64,000 nucleotides of DNA, taken from assembly GCA_000004695.1 (NCBI GenBank), contig CM000151.3, positions 7,328,001-7,392,000 on the forward strand, given 5' to 3'. The notes beneath the pieces are model-generated. The model worked only from the letters and a program-made list of their open reading frames with translations. It was not told where the DNA came from and made no database searches. Position 1 is the stretch's first letter. The number at the start of each line of letters is the position of its first letter. The position numbers and the translations under genes are program-made. Positions 1-12,713 of this stretch are shown here, one piece after another. This DNA is from Dictyostelium discoideum. Its lineage: Eukaryota.

Positions 1-1026
1 TTGACTGGTTTAGATTTATCTTTTAATTCATTCAATGCAAGACAACTTGCTGATATAGTTCAGTCGCTTATGGGTACATGTATTGAGAGTTTAGATATTG
101 GTAATAACTATTTAGATTCTGATTTGGTTTTAAAAGTTGCAGAATTGGTTAAAGATAATGGTTTGGTTAAATTAGGAATTGGCCATCAAAGTAAACCATT
201 GTCATCTGCATTGCATCCTCTATTATTGGCAGTCGGGTCAAGCAAAACCATGCAGGTATTGGATATAGTTGGTAATGAGCTAAATGATCATGGTGCTTGT
301 ATATTGGCCGATTGTTTACGTCATAATAAAACATTGAAACGTTTATATATCAATGGTAATAAATTCACTTATGTGGGTTGGATGTCATTATCATCACCTT
401 TTATTTTCTATAGAAATACAACTTTACTTCATTTGGATTTACCAACTCTCTCTGATCCAATCCAATTGAGTGATTCCAATAGTACAATTTTATCACCAAT
501 TAAACGTGATCAAATGGAACGTGATACCTTCTCAAAAGTTAGACTTCAATTAATTTTAAATAAGAATAAAGTACCACAAAGTAGTAGATTCGCTTATCTT
601 CCAAATTATGATGAACCACCAACTTATGTCGCTCCAATTGCAACCGTACCTGAACATTTATTAGTCTATTGTACAATTTTACCATCTGCAATTGATCAAA
701 TGGAAAAAATTAATTTAAATAGTTTAAATGGTAATATCTCAAATGGAAATAATAGTATCAGAATCAATTTAGCAATTGGTGGTAATGGTACAGTTGGTCA
801 TTCTTCTTCAACAAATACTGGTAGTGGTGGTGGTGGTGGTAATATTCGTCCTTCATTATCATCAATCTTTTCAAAACCAATTAGTTTAATTAATGATATC
901 AGAGGTGGTGGTGGTAGTAGTGATACCATTAATTCTAATAACAATTCAAGAGTTTCAACACCATTATCTTGGAATGAAAATGATAATTATAATCGTAATG
1001 ATGATGATAAAGAAGAATTAAAATAA
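1..1026 (+). CDS. C-terminal part of a leucine-rich-repeat (RNI/ribonuclease-inhibitor-like LRR) protein; 5' end lies outside the window
   Basis: Frame is open from base 1 (the listed start is TTG, not a real start) to TAA at 1024-1026. Repeating LxxLxLxxNxL units (LDLSFNSF.., LDIGNNYL.., LDIVGNELND.., LYINGNKF..) are followed by a Gly/Asn-rich tail. Confidence 0.6.
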   Translation: MTGLDLSFNSFNARQLADIVQSLMGTCIESLDIGNNYLDSDLVLKVAELVKDNGLVKLGIGHQSKPLSSALHPLLLAVGSSKTMQVLDIVGNELNDHGACILADCLRHNKTLKRLYINGNKFTYVGWMSLSSPFIFYRNTTLLHLDLPTLSDPIQLSDSNSTILSPIKRDQMERDTFSKVRLQLILNKNKVPQSSRFAYLPNYDEPPTYVAPIATVPEHLLVYCTILPSAIDQMEKINLNSLNGNISNGNNSIRINLAIGGNGTVGHSSSTNTGSGGGGGNIRPSLSSIFSKPISLINDIRGGGGSSDTINSNNNSRVSTPLSWNENDNYNRNDDDKEELK

Positions 1027-1064
1027 TTAAACAAAAATAAATAAATATTTATTAATAATAATAG

Positions 1065-1117
<53 letters not shown>

Positions 1118-1320
1118 AAATGAAATAAAATAAAAATTTTCTGTACTACATATTTATCAATTATTATTTTTTTATTTATTTGTTTATTTGTATATTTGCG
1201 TTTTTATTTATAATTATAATTTGTTTATTAATTATAAATTATTAATTTATTATTAATTTTTATTATTTTTTATTTCCATTTTTAAAAAAAAAAACTGGAA
1301 AAAAATAATTAAAAATCTTA

Positions 1321-1835
1321 TAAAGCAGTATTATGTGATTTTGGTAATAATCTATCTAATTGTTCTTTAATTTGTTTAATATCATTTTCAAGTTTTTCGA
1401 TTCTATTTTCTGGTGAAATTTTTTCTATTTTTCGTTTAAAAAAAAAAAAAAATTTAAATAATTAGTAAAAATGAAACATAGTATATAATTAACTTTTTAT
1501 TATTTTTAAAAATAATATATATATATTAATATTATCTTACCAGTTTTTGGAATAACTACTAATCTATTTAATTCTTCAGCTGTTAAATTTACAATTGAAT
1601 CAATTTTAATGAATTCCAAGTTTACTAATGCTACAGAGTGTTCAGATTCTCTAAGTTTACCAATTGATAAATGGTCGGCATTTTCATCATTTTGTCTAAA
1701 GATTGGTACTTTGGTTTTTAATCTAATTTCATCACTTGTTGAATAAAATGATTTATTGTAATTTAATTTTGTTGGGTTTCTAATTATTAATGATGAAATT
1801 GATTTACTTTGTGAGTTTAATAATCTTGTAATCAT
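1321..1835 (-). CDS. small two-exon gene for a ~130 aa protein with a mitochondrial-presequence-like N-terminus and coiled-coil C-terminus; function unknown
   Basis: Exons (minus strand) are 1835..1541 and 1424..1321. ATG at 1835; exon 1 ends ...VIPKT g|gtaag (phase 1); the AT-rich intron 1540..1425 ends in ..aaaaatag. Exon 2 is in frame (EKISPENRIEKLENDIKQIKEQLDRLLPKSHNTAL) and ends in TAA at 1323-1321. The N-terminus MITRLLNSQSKSISSLIIRN is R/S-rich and non-acidic. Confidence 0.55.
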
Positions 1836-2124
1836 TTTTATTTATTTATTTATTTGTTGTATATATATATATAATTAAAATATTTGTATTGAGGAATTTG
1901 TTTGTGTGTGGAATGAGTGAAATTTAAAAATTTAATTTAATTTTGTGAAGTCACCAAAAAAAAAAAAAAAAAAAAAAACAAAAAACCAAAAAAAATAAAA
2001 AATAAAAAATAAAAAAAAAAAAATAAAAAAAAAAAAAAAAAAAAAATAATAATATTTTCATAAAAAAAAAACAATTATTTTCGATTTTAATTGGGAATAA
2101 TAAAGATTTATTATAATTGATGAC

Positions 2125-2155
<31 letters not shown>

Positions 2156-2196
2156 AAAAAAAAAGATTTTCAAAGAATTTTTCCATCATTTATTTT

Positions 2197-2300
2197 TATA
2201 TTTATTTTATTTTATTTTATTTTATTTTATATTTATTTTATTTTATTTTATTTTATTTTATTTTATTTTAATTTATTTTAATTTATTTTATTTTATTTTA
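2197..2300. repeat. (ATTTT)n / (ATTTTA)n pentanucleotide-type microsatellite in a large AT-rich intergenic region
   Basis: Repeated tttattttattttattttat.. units. Confidence 0.85.
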
Positions 2301-4486
2301 TTAATACATGGATGATTGAAAAAAAAAAAAATAGTTTTCATAATAATTACCATAATTTCTATGACCTGAAAAAGAAATATAAATTTTCCAATTATTTTTT
2401 TATTTTTTTTATTTTTAATTTGAGAATATATTTAGTTTTATAATTATTATTTTTTATTAATATTGATTAAAAAAAGTAAATATATATTTTAAATTCTTTA
2501 GATTATTTTACAGATTTTAATTATTTCCATAATTCTTTTTTTTATTTTTTTTATTTTTTTCAATTATTATAAATTTAAATAATCAGTTTTTAGTATTAAA
2601 ATTTAAAATAATTATCTACTATTAATAATGATTTCAAATTTCAAAGATTTTATTTTATGATATGTTGTAAAAACATTCAAAAAAAAAATTTAAATCTAAC
2701 CACAGAAAAAATAAAAAAAATAAAAATAAAAATAAAAAAAATAAAAATTAAAATAAAAATAAAAATTTTAAATAGTTTAGTGATAATAGTTATCAGTTTC
2801 TTCATATAAAATTTAAAAATATCAGAAATAATATTATTTAAAGTTTAAAACAAAAAATTGATAAGATCAATTTATAGTCTTTTTAATATATAAAAATGAA
2901 TAAATAGGTTTTTTTGGTGAGTAATTTCCTATTTAATATATATATTCAAATTAATGTATAAAAATTCTTTTAGTAATAAGAAGAAAATTAATACTAATAA
3001 AATAAAAAACAATAAAATAAAATGAATCTTTTTTTATTTTTTATTTTTTTTATTTTTCAAACAATTTACAATAATATTTAAAATTTAAAAGGTTTTTTTT
3101 TTTTTTTTTTTTAAATTATATTTATTTATTTTTTATTTATTTTTATTTTTGAAATAAAAAAAGGGTGGTCAATATACAAAAATATTTAATGATGGCATGT
3201 ATTTTATTTTAAATTATTTTGAAAAAATAAAATTACTTTTTTTTTTTTTTTTTTTTTTTTTAACATACAAAAACAAAACGTTATTTCCACCTTTTTATAA
3301 TAATAAAAATTATTTTAAGCTTCCAATTAAAAAAAAAAAAAAAAAAAAGATAATAATTTAAATCACAACAGATGTTTTTGATGATGAGTATTTAATTTAT
3401 CAAAGATTTTTTAGTGACTCTAAATTAATTAAAATCTTACCTACTTAAAATTTATGTTCAAAAAAAAAAAAGAAGGAAGACTCAAAAAAATAAAAAAAAA
3501 AAAAAAAAAAAAGGGTTAAATAGAACTAAAAAGAACCTTTATAAAATCAAAAAATTTTTTATTGTGTATTAAAATTTTTATTTTTATAAATAAATAGTAT
3601 CTGTCAATTACAAAAGGAAAAAAAAAAAACATATATCTATTTTTAGAGGTATATATATCTTAATTTATATTGAAATTTAAAAGATATTTTTTTTTCCTTT
3701 CAAGAATTTGATTTTTATAAAAATAAAAAAAAAAAAAAAAATAAAAAAAAAAAAAAAATTTAATTCTTTTCACCATTTTGTTTTTTTTATTTTTATTTTT
3801 TTTTTTTTTTTTTTTTTTTCTATTTTTATTTTCAAATCCACCACCCCTCCAATATAATAATACACCTCCAACATTAATATTCAGATACAAAAATTATAAT
3901 ATTATTTAAAAATAGTATTTTTTTTTTGGCACACACACACATACATTTCACTTATCGATCAACTCATGTGTAAATTGTGTGAAAATAAAACATTCTTTTA
4001 ATAATATGATTTGAAACTTAACTTTTAACATTCATATATATACACATATATGTGTATATATATATATATATATATAGTGATATGTATCATAATTATTATT
4101 GCGATTTGTTATTGTCGTTTTCATATTTAAAACCTATAAATTAAAAAAAAAAAATAAAAGATAAACAAAAAAAAAATAAAAAAAAATTAATTAATAAAAA
4201 TAAATATTATAATATTTATGTTTGACAACTATCCAATTATATTATATATTAACCACTCTATACTCTTTTCTTAATTTTTAAAAAAGAGGGGGACACCTAA
4301 GGTAATTTATCATTTTTAATACGATTTTTTTTTAAAACACACCGCATTTGCAATATTATTGTTATAATAATAAAAATTATAATTATTTTATTTTATTTTA
4401 ATTTATTTTATAAAAATTGAAATTATATACATTATAAATACTTTTTTTGTTTTTTTTTTTTTTTTTGTTTTTTAAATATTAATATT

Positions 4487-4549
<63 letters not shown>

Positions 4550-4569
4550 TTTTCCAATTTCCAATTTCC

Positions 4570-4601
<32 letters not shown>

Positions 4602-4775
4602 TAAATTAATTTAAATAAATTTTATTAAAAAAAACAAAGAAATATATTAAAAAAATAAAAATAAAAATAAAAAATAAAAAATAAAAAATAAAAAATAAAA
4701 AAAAAAGATATATAATATATATATATATAATAATATATAAATATAGAAATAAAAAAAGGTAGAACACATACATTC

Positions 4776-4803
4776 ACCCTTTAAACACCCCACCCCACTT
4801 TCG
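4776..4803. promoter_or_regulatory. C/A-rich element (acacccc acccca c) about 0.75 kb upstream of the START/F-box/WD40 gene; candidate CAE-type element
   Basis: An isolated GC-rich island (ttcaccctttaaacaccccaccccactttcgagctc) inside kilobases of A/T homopolymer. A (CA)n stretch cacacacacacatacat lies at 3927-3944. Confidence 0.25.
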
Positions 4804-4897
4804 AGCTCAAAAACCATATTTTTTTTTTTTAATTAATTATTATTATTTTTATTTTTATATTTTATTTTTATTTATTTTATTTTATTTTATTTTTATA

Positions 4898-4928
<31 letters not shown>

Positions 4929-5071
4929 AAAAAAAAAATAAAAAAAAAACAGCTTGATTTTTTTTTTTAATTTGTCTATTCAAAATTTTTTTTCAATTAA
5001 CACATCGTGTCCTTTTGTGATTCATAATCATATCATCATTTTTTTTTTTTTATAAAAAAAATCTTTTAATA

Positions 5072-5127
<56 letters not shown>

Positions 5128-5387
5128 ATTTAAAATCATTTATTTAATTTTTTTTATTTTTTTTTATTTCTCATTTTAACCACACTTCACACTAAACCAC
5201 TAGTTTTGTATTTTTAAAATTATTTTTTACGTAAATAGAAATTTTATTATATTAATTCAATTACATATAAAGCAATTATAAATAATTTTTTTTAGGTTTC
5301 AATTTAATATATATTTATATATATATTAAAAATATATATATTTTTTTTTGCCAATCCTTTTTTTTTCTTATAAATTTTATATTTACA

Positions 5388-5430
<43 letters not shown>

Positions 5431-5510
5431 TCGATATTTTTTTTTTGATCAATTAAGCAATTCCATAACTTTTAAAATCAATTTTTTAAAAAAATAAAAA
5501 AAAAAAAAAA

Positions 5511-5547
<37 letters not shown>

Positions 5548-5558
5548 TCACAAATAGA

Positions 5559-8500
5559 ATGCAATACGTTAATGGTAATGATATTTCAAGTCAAAGTATT
5601 CATGAAGTTTTAGAACTTGCATTTTCAACAAAAATCCCATGGACAAAATTAGAATATGAATCAAGTGAAAAACATATAATACATTCCTATTCATCACATG
5701 AAAGAGGTATTTATTTAAGTAAAGGTGTTGCAGAATTTAATATTTCACCAGAAAATATGTATGAACTTTTATTGGATATTTCTTCAAGATCAAAAGTAAT
5801 TATTATTATTATTATTATTTAAATTTTTAATTAATTTTTTTTTTATTTTTTTTTTATTTATTTATTTATTTAAATAAATAAAAGAAAAAAAAAAAAATTA
5901 TTAATTACTAATTATTTTTTAAAATTTTAAAAAAAGTGGGATTTTCATTGTAGAGAAGCACATATTATTGAAGAATATGATCATTTAAATCATATTATTC
6001 ATTTAAATTTTACAAATCCATTAATTAGTAATTTGGATATGAATTTATATAGAAGTTGTAAGTATGATCCACAAGAGAGATTATTTGTAATTGCTATGAG
6101 ATCAATTGAATTGGAGGATGGTGATGTTGATCAATTTGAATGTTTACCAAATGGATGGGTAATTCAAGGTTTAAGAGGACAAAAAGATAAATGTAAGATG
6201 ACATTCGTTCAACAATGTGATCTAAGAGATATAGAACTTCAACGTATTCCAGGTTATAAATCATTCAATAGTAAAGAGAGACTTGAGGATTTTCAATTTC
6301 TTACATTGTTTCCTGCCACTGTAAGTGGTAGACTTGCAAAGATTTTCGAATCTATAGAACTATACATATCAAACAATGTGAAGGATATTGAAACCAAGGA
6401 TATTCGTATCTCAATTATGGAAAAAGCAGAAAAGGAGGTAAATGAAATGTTTGGTACAACCAATCCAGACTATGGTTGGAAAATTTATTTAAAGAAATTG
6501 GATATGGAAATTCTAATTAAAAAGACAACCTCTGGTTACTATATGATTGGTAAGGGTAGTTTTTCTTCGAGGTATTCACCAGAGTTATTGGCTGATGTAC
6601 TCTATCAGAAGAATCCTTTCGAATGGGATACTTTTTATGATAAAACTAAATTGGTTGAAAGTATCAATAGTTCAATCAGAGAGGTCGAGGTTCATTATAG
6701 AATGTGGAGAAATACAATCACCATGAGATTGCTACAATCCGTTAAAAAAGGACCTGGTAATTTCTCATCGGTACATTGGAGAAGTATTTGTTCTCCAAAT
6801 TATCAAGTGGCTGATGGTATCGAAGTACATTATCTTCCTACTGCACTCTTAAACTATGGTTTAGGTGATGGTAGTTTCACAAGTTTCTTGGCGGCAATCG
6901 AGGTTAAAGGTTATCCAACTCCTTGGGAGGAAGAGATGGTAACTAAAATGTTTGCTGCTAGAATCATTTCAAATCAAAATAGTATCATAAATCATGTAAA
7001 TAAATTAACAGGTGGTTCAGAGATGATAAGAGAATTACCTGTTATTCCTTCAGTTCAACATCATTGTGGTGATGTTGGTTCTCATATTGGTACTCCTCAA
7101 GTCTATAATGCAATGGTCGAAAATTTTGCTGATATACTTTTAGATGAAGGTAATAAAGATGGAAATGTAGTTTCTTCAAAAAATAAAAGAAAAAGAAATA
7201 AAAATAATGAAAATAAAAATAATAATAATGATAATATAATTGATGAAGAAATTGAACAAGAGGAGGAAAATATTGAAAAAGATCAACAACAAACCCAACA
7301 ACAACAAACTCAAAAACAACAACAACAACAACAACAACAACAAAAAACACAACAACAACCACAACAGCAACAACAACAACCACAAGAACAACAACAAAAT
7401 CACTCACAACTAAAAAAAGAAATCAAACCTACAAGACCAAGTATTCGTTTTACCTATTTATTAAGTAACAGTAGTAGTGGACAACGTCCAATTGCTTGGT
7501 ATGAATCAAAAAAACAACCATTCTTATTTTTGGTTAGTGATAGTAGTGAGAGAAAAGGAAAGATTCAAAGAAAGACTTATTATTTCTCAAATTCAGGTTT
7601 TGATAATTTACCAGAGGAAGTGGTTCAAATTATATTTTCCAATTTATCGGCAATCAATATTGTCAACTTATCATTAGTTTGTAAAAGATTTAAAATGGCA
7701 ACTGATAGTCCAATTCTTTGGAAAAATCTTTATAAAAGTAATCCATTATTTCATAAAAAGACACCAAAAAGAAAACAAATCATTCATTCAAATCTAAGTA
7801 ATGATGAAAATAAAGTAAATTCAAATTCTGGTGATTCTGCTGATGGTTCATCAAGCCAAGAAGAAGAAGAACAACAACAACAAAATCAACAACAAAATCA
7901 ACAACAAAATCAACAACAACAACAACAACAAACATTTGACCTTTCAAATATTAATTTAAATGATCCAATATCATTATTAATGGTATTTACAAATGGAATA
8001 ATTCCTCAAAATTTATCACCAACTGAAATAATAAATGTTGGTGGAATAGTGTCTCAAATTGATTTGAATGATCTTTCAAACGTTGAAACTCTTATTCAAC
8101 AATTACCTCATCAAGTTTTATCATTGATTCAAATGAATACACTTGATGCAAAGATTCAACATTTATCAATGATTAGTGGAATGCCAGCAACCATTGGTCA
8201 AGAATCACCAATCAATAAAAACTCTTCAGATAATCCAAAACCAAATGCATACAATAAAAGAGATAACAACTCTTATATTCCTGATGAAGAGTTTATTAAT
8301 TGGAAATCACATTACACTGAAAAACATAAGCAATCAAAGAGATGGGTTAATATGGAACCAATTCGTATCACCCCTCTAAAGGGTCACAATAGGGCAATCA
8401 AAGCTGTAAAGAGTGAGGGTAATTCAGCTATCACCGTATCAACAGAGAAAAAAATCAAATTTTGGAATTTAAACACTGGTCAATGTATTGGAGACTACGA

Positions 8501-9443
8501 AGGTGAATCAGGTGTTCTCTCTGTAGAGTATGATCACACTCAAAAGTCATCTTGTATTTGGCCATTGTCAGATTATACCAAAGTCCACATTGGCCATAAG
8601 AATGGTACCGTCACTATGGTTGATTTCATTGAACAACCAATTGAAGTTATTCATACATCAAGACCAACCAATTTGGCTGATGGTTTCGATTTCACCTTTC
8701 CTGGTAAATATTTGATTTGGGAACACACAATCATTCACTATTGGGATGTTGAAACAAGTACACTCTTGTGGAATGAACTAAATGCTCACACAAAGAAAAT
8801 CACTCAATCAAAGATTGTCGCACAACATGAACTTTCTAATAAAGGTATCGTATTCACAACTAGCTCTGATAAATCTGCAAAAGTTTGGGATTTAACAAAT
8901 GGTACTTGTATAAATACTTTGGTTGGCCATTCATATGCCGTCAATTGTATTGAACCAATTGGTGACTATATGGCTTTGACAGGTTCCACTGATAAAACTC
9001 TTAAACTTTGGGATCTTAGACAAGCCTCAACATTTATATCTAGTTACTCTACTAAACACACTGGTCCAATTAGATGTATTTCCTATCAAGAAAAGAATGG
9101 TATTGTTTTAAGTGGTAGTGATGATGGTTCAATCATTGCATTTAACTTGGATAATTGGAATCTTTCAAATATCTCTGTTGTTAAAAAACCAATCTTTAAT
9201 AATGTTATTGGTAATATTGGTACAACAACAACAACAACTACTACTACCACTACAACTACAACTACTACTACTTCAACTACAAATAATACTAATGTACCAG
9301 AGATTCCAAAGATTAATTTAGGTACTTTTAAGGATTCCAAAAGACTTCATAATCATGAATCTGCTGTAACTTGCATTGAATCTGATGAAGCTGGTTTTAT
9401 TAGTGGATCACAAAATGGATTGGTTTTGAGATGGGACTTTTAA
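5559..9443 (+). CDS. START (StAR-related lipid-transfer) domain + F-box + C-terminal WD40-repeat protein, ~1216 aa with polyQ/polyT inserts
   Basis: Exons 5559..5795 and 5937..9443. Donor AAA|gtaatt at 5796; the 141-nt AT intron ends ..aaaaag; exon 2 starts TGG GAT in the same frame, giving the junction ..SSRSK|WDFHCREAHIIEEYDHL. START-like N-terminal region (GVAEFNISPENMYELLLD.., ..RLFVIAMRSIELEDGD.., ..KMTFVQQCDLRDI..). F-box motif LPEEVVQIIFSNLSAINIVNLSLVCKRFKMATDSPILWKNLY. WD repeats include GHNRAIKAV..KIKFWNLNTG, GHSYAVNCIEP..TDKTLKLWDLR and LSGSDDGSIIAFNL. Confidence 0.75.
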
Positions 9444-9817
9444 GTTAGGTTTCCAATTTTATTACAATCATCAAAATAAATTAAACAACAAAAAAAAAAA
9501 TAAAAAAATAAAAATAATTTATTTATGTATTTTTTGTCAAAGATTTATATTATTTATATAAAATTTGTTTTATTTTTTATTTTTTTTTTAGTTTTTTAGT
9601 TTTTGATTTAATTTTAAATTAACCAATTCGATAGATTTAAAAAAAAAGAGATAAAAAATAAAAAAAAATCGATTTATTTTTATAAAAATAAAGTTTGGAT
9701 TGAATTGATTTCTACTTTTATCATTATTATTATTATTATTATTATTATTTATTATTAATTTATTATTATTTATTATTATTTGTTATTTATTATTATTTAT
9801 TTATTATTTCTTATTTA

Positions 9818-10487
9818 CTAATTAATACCCCAAACCTCAACAACATAAGGTTTGAAATCATTTTCCTTTGAGAGTACTGTATTATTAAAAGTTTCGGAAG
9901 GACCTGAATAACCGTGAAGGAATTCATTATCCATCCATAATCCAAACATTGAACCACCACCAATTGAAATATAATCGTGACTTGCATAAATGAACATGTC
10001 ATTCTCTTTTGTCCATCGGAAGATATCGAAATCTGGATATATTTTGAATAAGAAAGTTTCACCACTACCAAAGAATACATCTTTTCTAGGTTCAACACGG
10101 TCAGATAAAAATGCACCAAAAATGTATCCATTCTCATCTTGAATCAAAAGAATGGATTGTTCAACTGTTTTGATTCTTTTATAAAAAGTGATGAAAGAAA
10201 CACCGTCGTTGGTGGTGTTGAAGAGTAATTCAATATCTGAGCCTTGAGTACGAATTGGAAGATAATGACGAAGTTTTTTATAGATTTCTGGTGTCATTAA
10301 TATTTTCTCTTGGAATTGATATTTAGTTTGATCTTGTAATAATTTTGGTGTTGTTGAGAAAGTCTCATCAAAAGAGGAGGCTAATGAATCACTAGATACA
10401 AGGGATCTAATATTATTATGACTACCATTTCTCCAATGATTAATTGAAATGGGTGCTGTTGGTTTTATACCTGTTGTAGTAACAGTG

Positions 10488-10519
<32 letters not shown>

Positions 10520-11324
10520 GGTAGTATTATTATTATTATTATTAATCGATAATGGTGCAATAACTGTTTGTTGACTATTGAAAGAACCTGTTAAATTTGG
10601 ACTTGAGGTTTGAGGTGAAAATTTACTATCAACAATCAATTGTTTTAAATAAGAGAAACAAGTATGAACACTTGTAGGATCACTACCTCTGAAGAATAAA
10701 GTTTGAATAGAGTTATCTTTATGAATGATTGCATAAATACAAGGAAAGATTAAAACCTTTTTATTTGCTCCAGTGATTTCATCTGTAACTGTCATTTCTT
10801 CTTCCTCTTCCATTAAATTTAATTTTGAAATTTCTTTTTGAATAAAAGCATCATGTTCCTCTTCTTCTTTTTTACTTTTAACCTTTGATTTTACTTTACT
10901 ATTATTATCATTGCCAATGCCACCAACTGAGCTACCATTTATACCTTTGTTAATTTTATCTTTAATATAACGTTGTTCTTTATACCAATCTTTTGAAAAA
11001 TGAGCTAACCATTCCGATTTATCGAATAAATATTTACAACTAATAATATGTGAATATTCAGCATGTAATTGAACAGATTTACCTATTAAACCTGGTTCCA
11101 TTATTGATTGAAAGATTAATTGATATGGTGTAAGTGTAAGATGACCAACCACTTTTTGATTTCTCATAAAACAAACTAATTTTTCTTTAACTATACTTTC
11201 TTTACTAATTCTTTCAAATCTACTTGTTGCTGAGAATGGTATATGAATTGGTGGTTTATTATTTGTAATTGGATTATTACTTATACTATTACCACTATTA
11301 TTATTACTATTATTATTATTATTG

Positions 11325-11355
<31 letters not shown>

Positions 11356-11369
11356 TACTATTATTATTA

Positions 11370-11404
<35 letters not shown>

Positions 11405-12631
11405 GTTGTTATTATTATTACCATCATCAAATGCCATTTTAATTTCTTCTTTTGATGGTTTAAATAAATCATTTACATTTAAGGATGAACCACCTGATAA
11501 AGCTCTTCCTCTATTATTACTATTATTAGTAGGTGATAAACATTCGATACCACCACTACCATTAATACTACTACTACTAACACTACTACTACTATTATTA
11601 ATATCTAATGAATCAATTGAATCAGCAGATGTTGTAATAAGGGATGGTGGTTGTTCAATAATTTGTTCCTCATTTAAATTTAGATTCTTTTTCTTATAAA
11701 CCCATAATTGTGTACCAGGTTTAAGTAATTTTTCAGAATGTAATAATCTATTAGCTTGAATTAAAACATCTCTTGGCATTGAGAATTGAAGTGAAATACC
11801 AGTAAGTGTATCTTTTTCTTTTACAGTATAAAGTTGATAAATATAATTATTATTTGAAATATTTGGGGGTTCTGCAAATTTACAACCTATTGAACCTGAT
11901 CTCGTTCTATTACCGCCACTTGGTGTAAATCCACCACTATTATTATTATTATTATTATTATAATTACTATTATTTCCATTTAATAAAATATCAATTGATG
12001 GTGAAACTAAATTTGTTGAAGCACTTTGAGATCTTAATCTCTCATTGTTGTTATTATTACTAGCACCAATCATTGGTGATAAAGATGGACTATTTATTGG
12101 AGGTACAGCAGATGATAATGAAATTGGTGATAATGGTGTACCACCACTAAGTGGATGAGTTGTAACAGGTGTACCACTAGTTCCTTCATGATAAGGTGAA
12201 TTTAAATTGATTTTCTTTGGTTGATTATTTACATTCTTTGGTATTCTCTTTTGAATGGTTGGTGAATCTAATAGATTGGTGATCTCTGGGAAATGAGATT
12301 TATTTGATTTATAAAATGATGAAATCAATGCCAACAAGTGATAAAGATACGGTTTTTTTTTATCCTTTAATTGACTTGCTAATTTATCCAATTTCTTCTT
12401 TAATTTAACTTTAAAATCTGTAATTGCCATTGTTGAATCACTAAAAACAATATCAAATGATGGTGCTGCTGATGGATATAAAAATGGGAATAAAATGATC
12501 ACTACAAATTTTCTATTATCAACATTTGCAATACAAACTCTATCTGCTAATGATAATTTTTCAAATGTAACATATTCAAATTTCTCTGTAATTATATTAC
12601 CAAGTTCTTGATGTAAATCTAATGGTTTATG

Positions 12632-12713
<82 letters not shown>

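Noticed and set aside
3660-3890. 76-aa minus-strand ORF in the large AT-rich intergenic region, and similar poly-K/F ORFs at 34132..34423, 35004..35521, 35633..35818, 55929..56478 and 57340..58036
   Set aside because: Low-complexity translation of A/T homopolymers and simple repeats, with no codon structure and no conserved motifs.
7042-7407. Minus-strand ORFs (121 aa and 75 aa) rich in V/F/L overlapping the START/F-box gene
   Set aside because: They are antisense readings of the in-frame CAA/AAC polyQ tract of the sense gene. They have homopolymeric composition and no start context.
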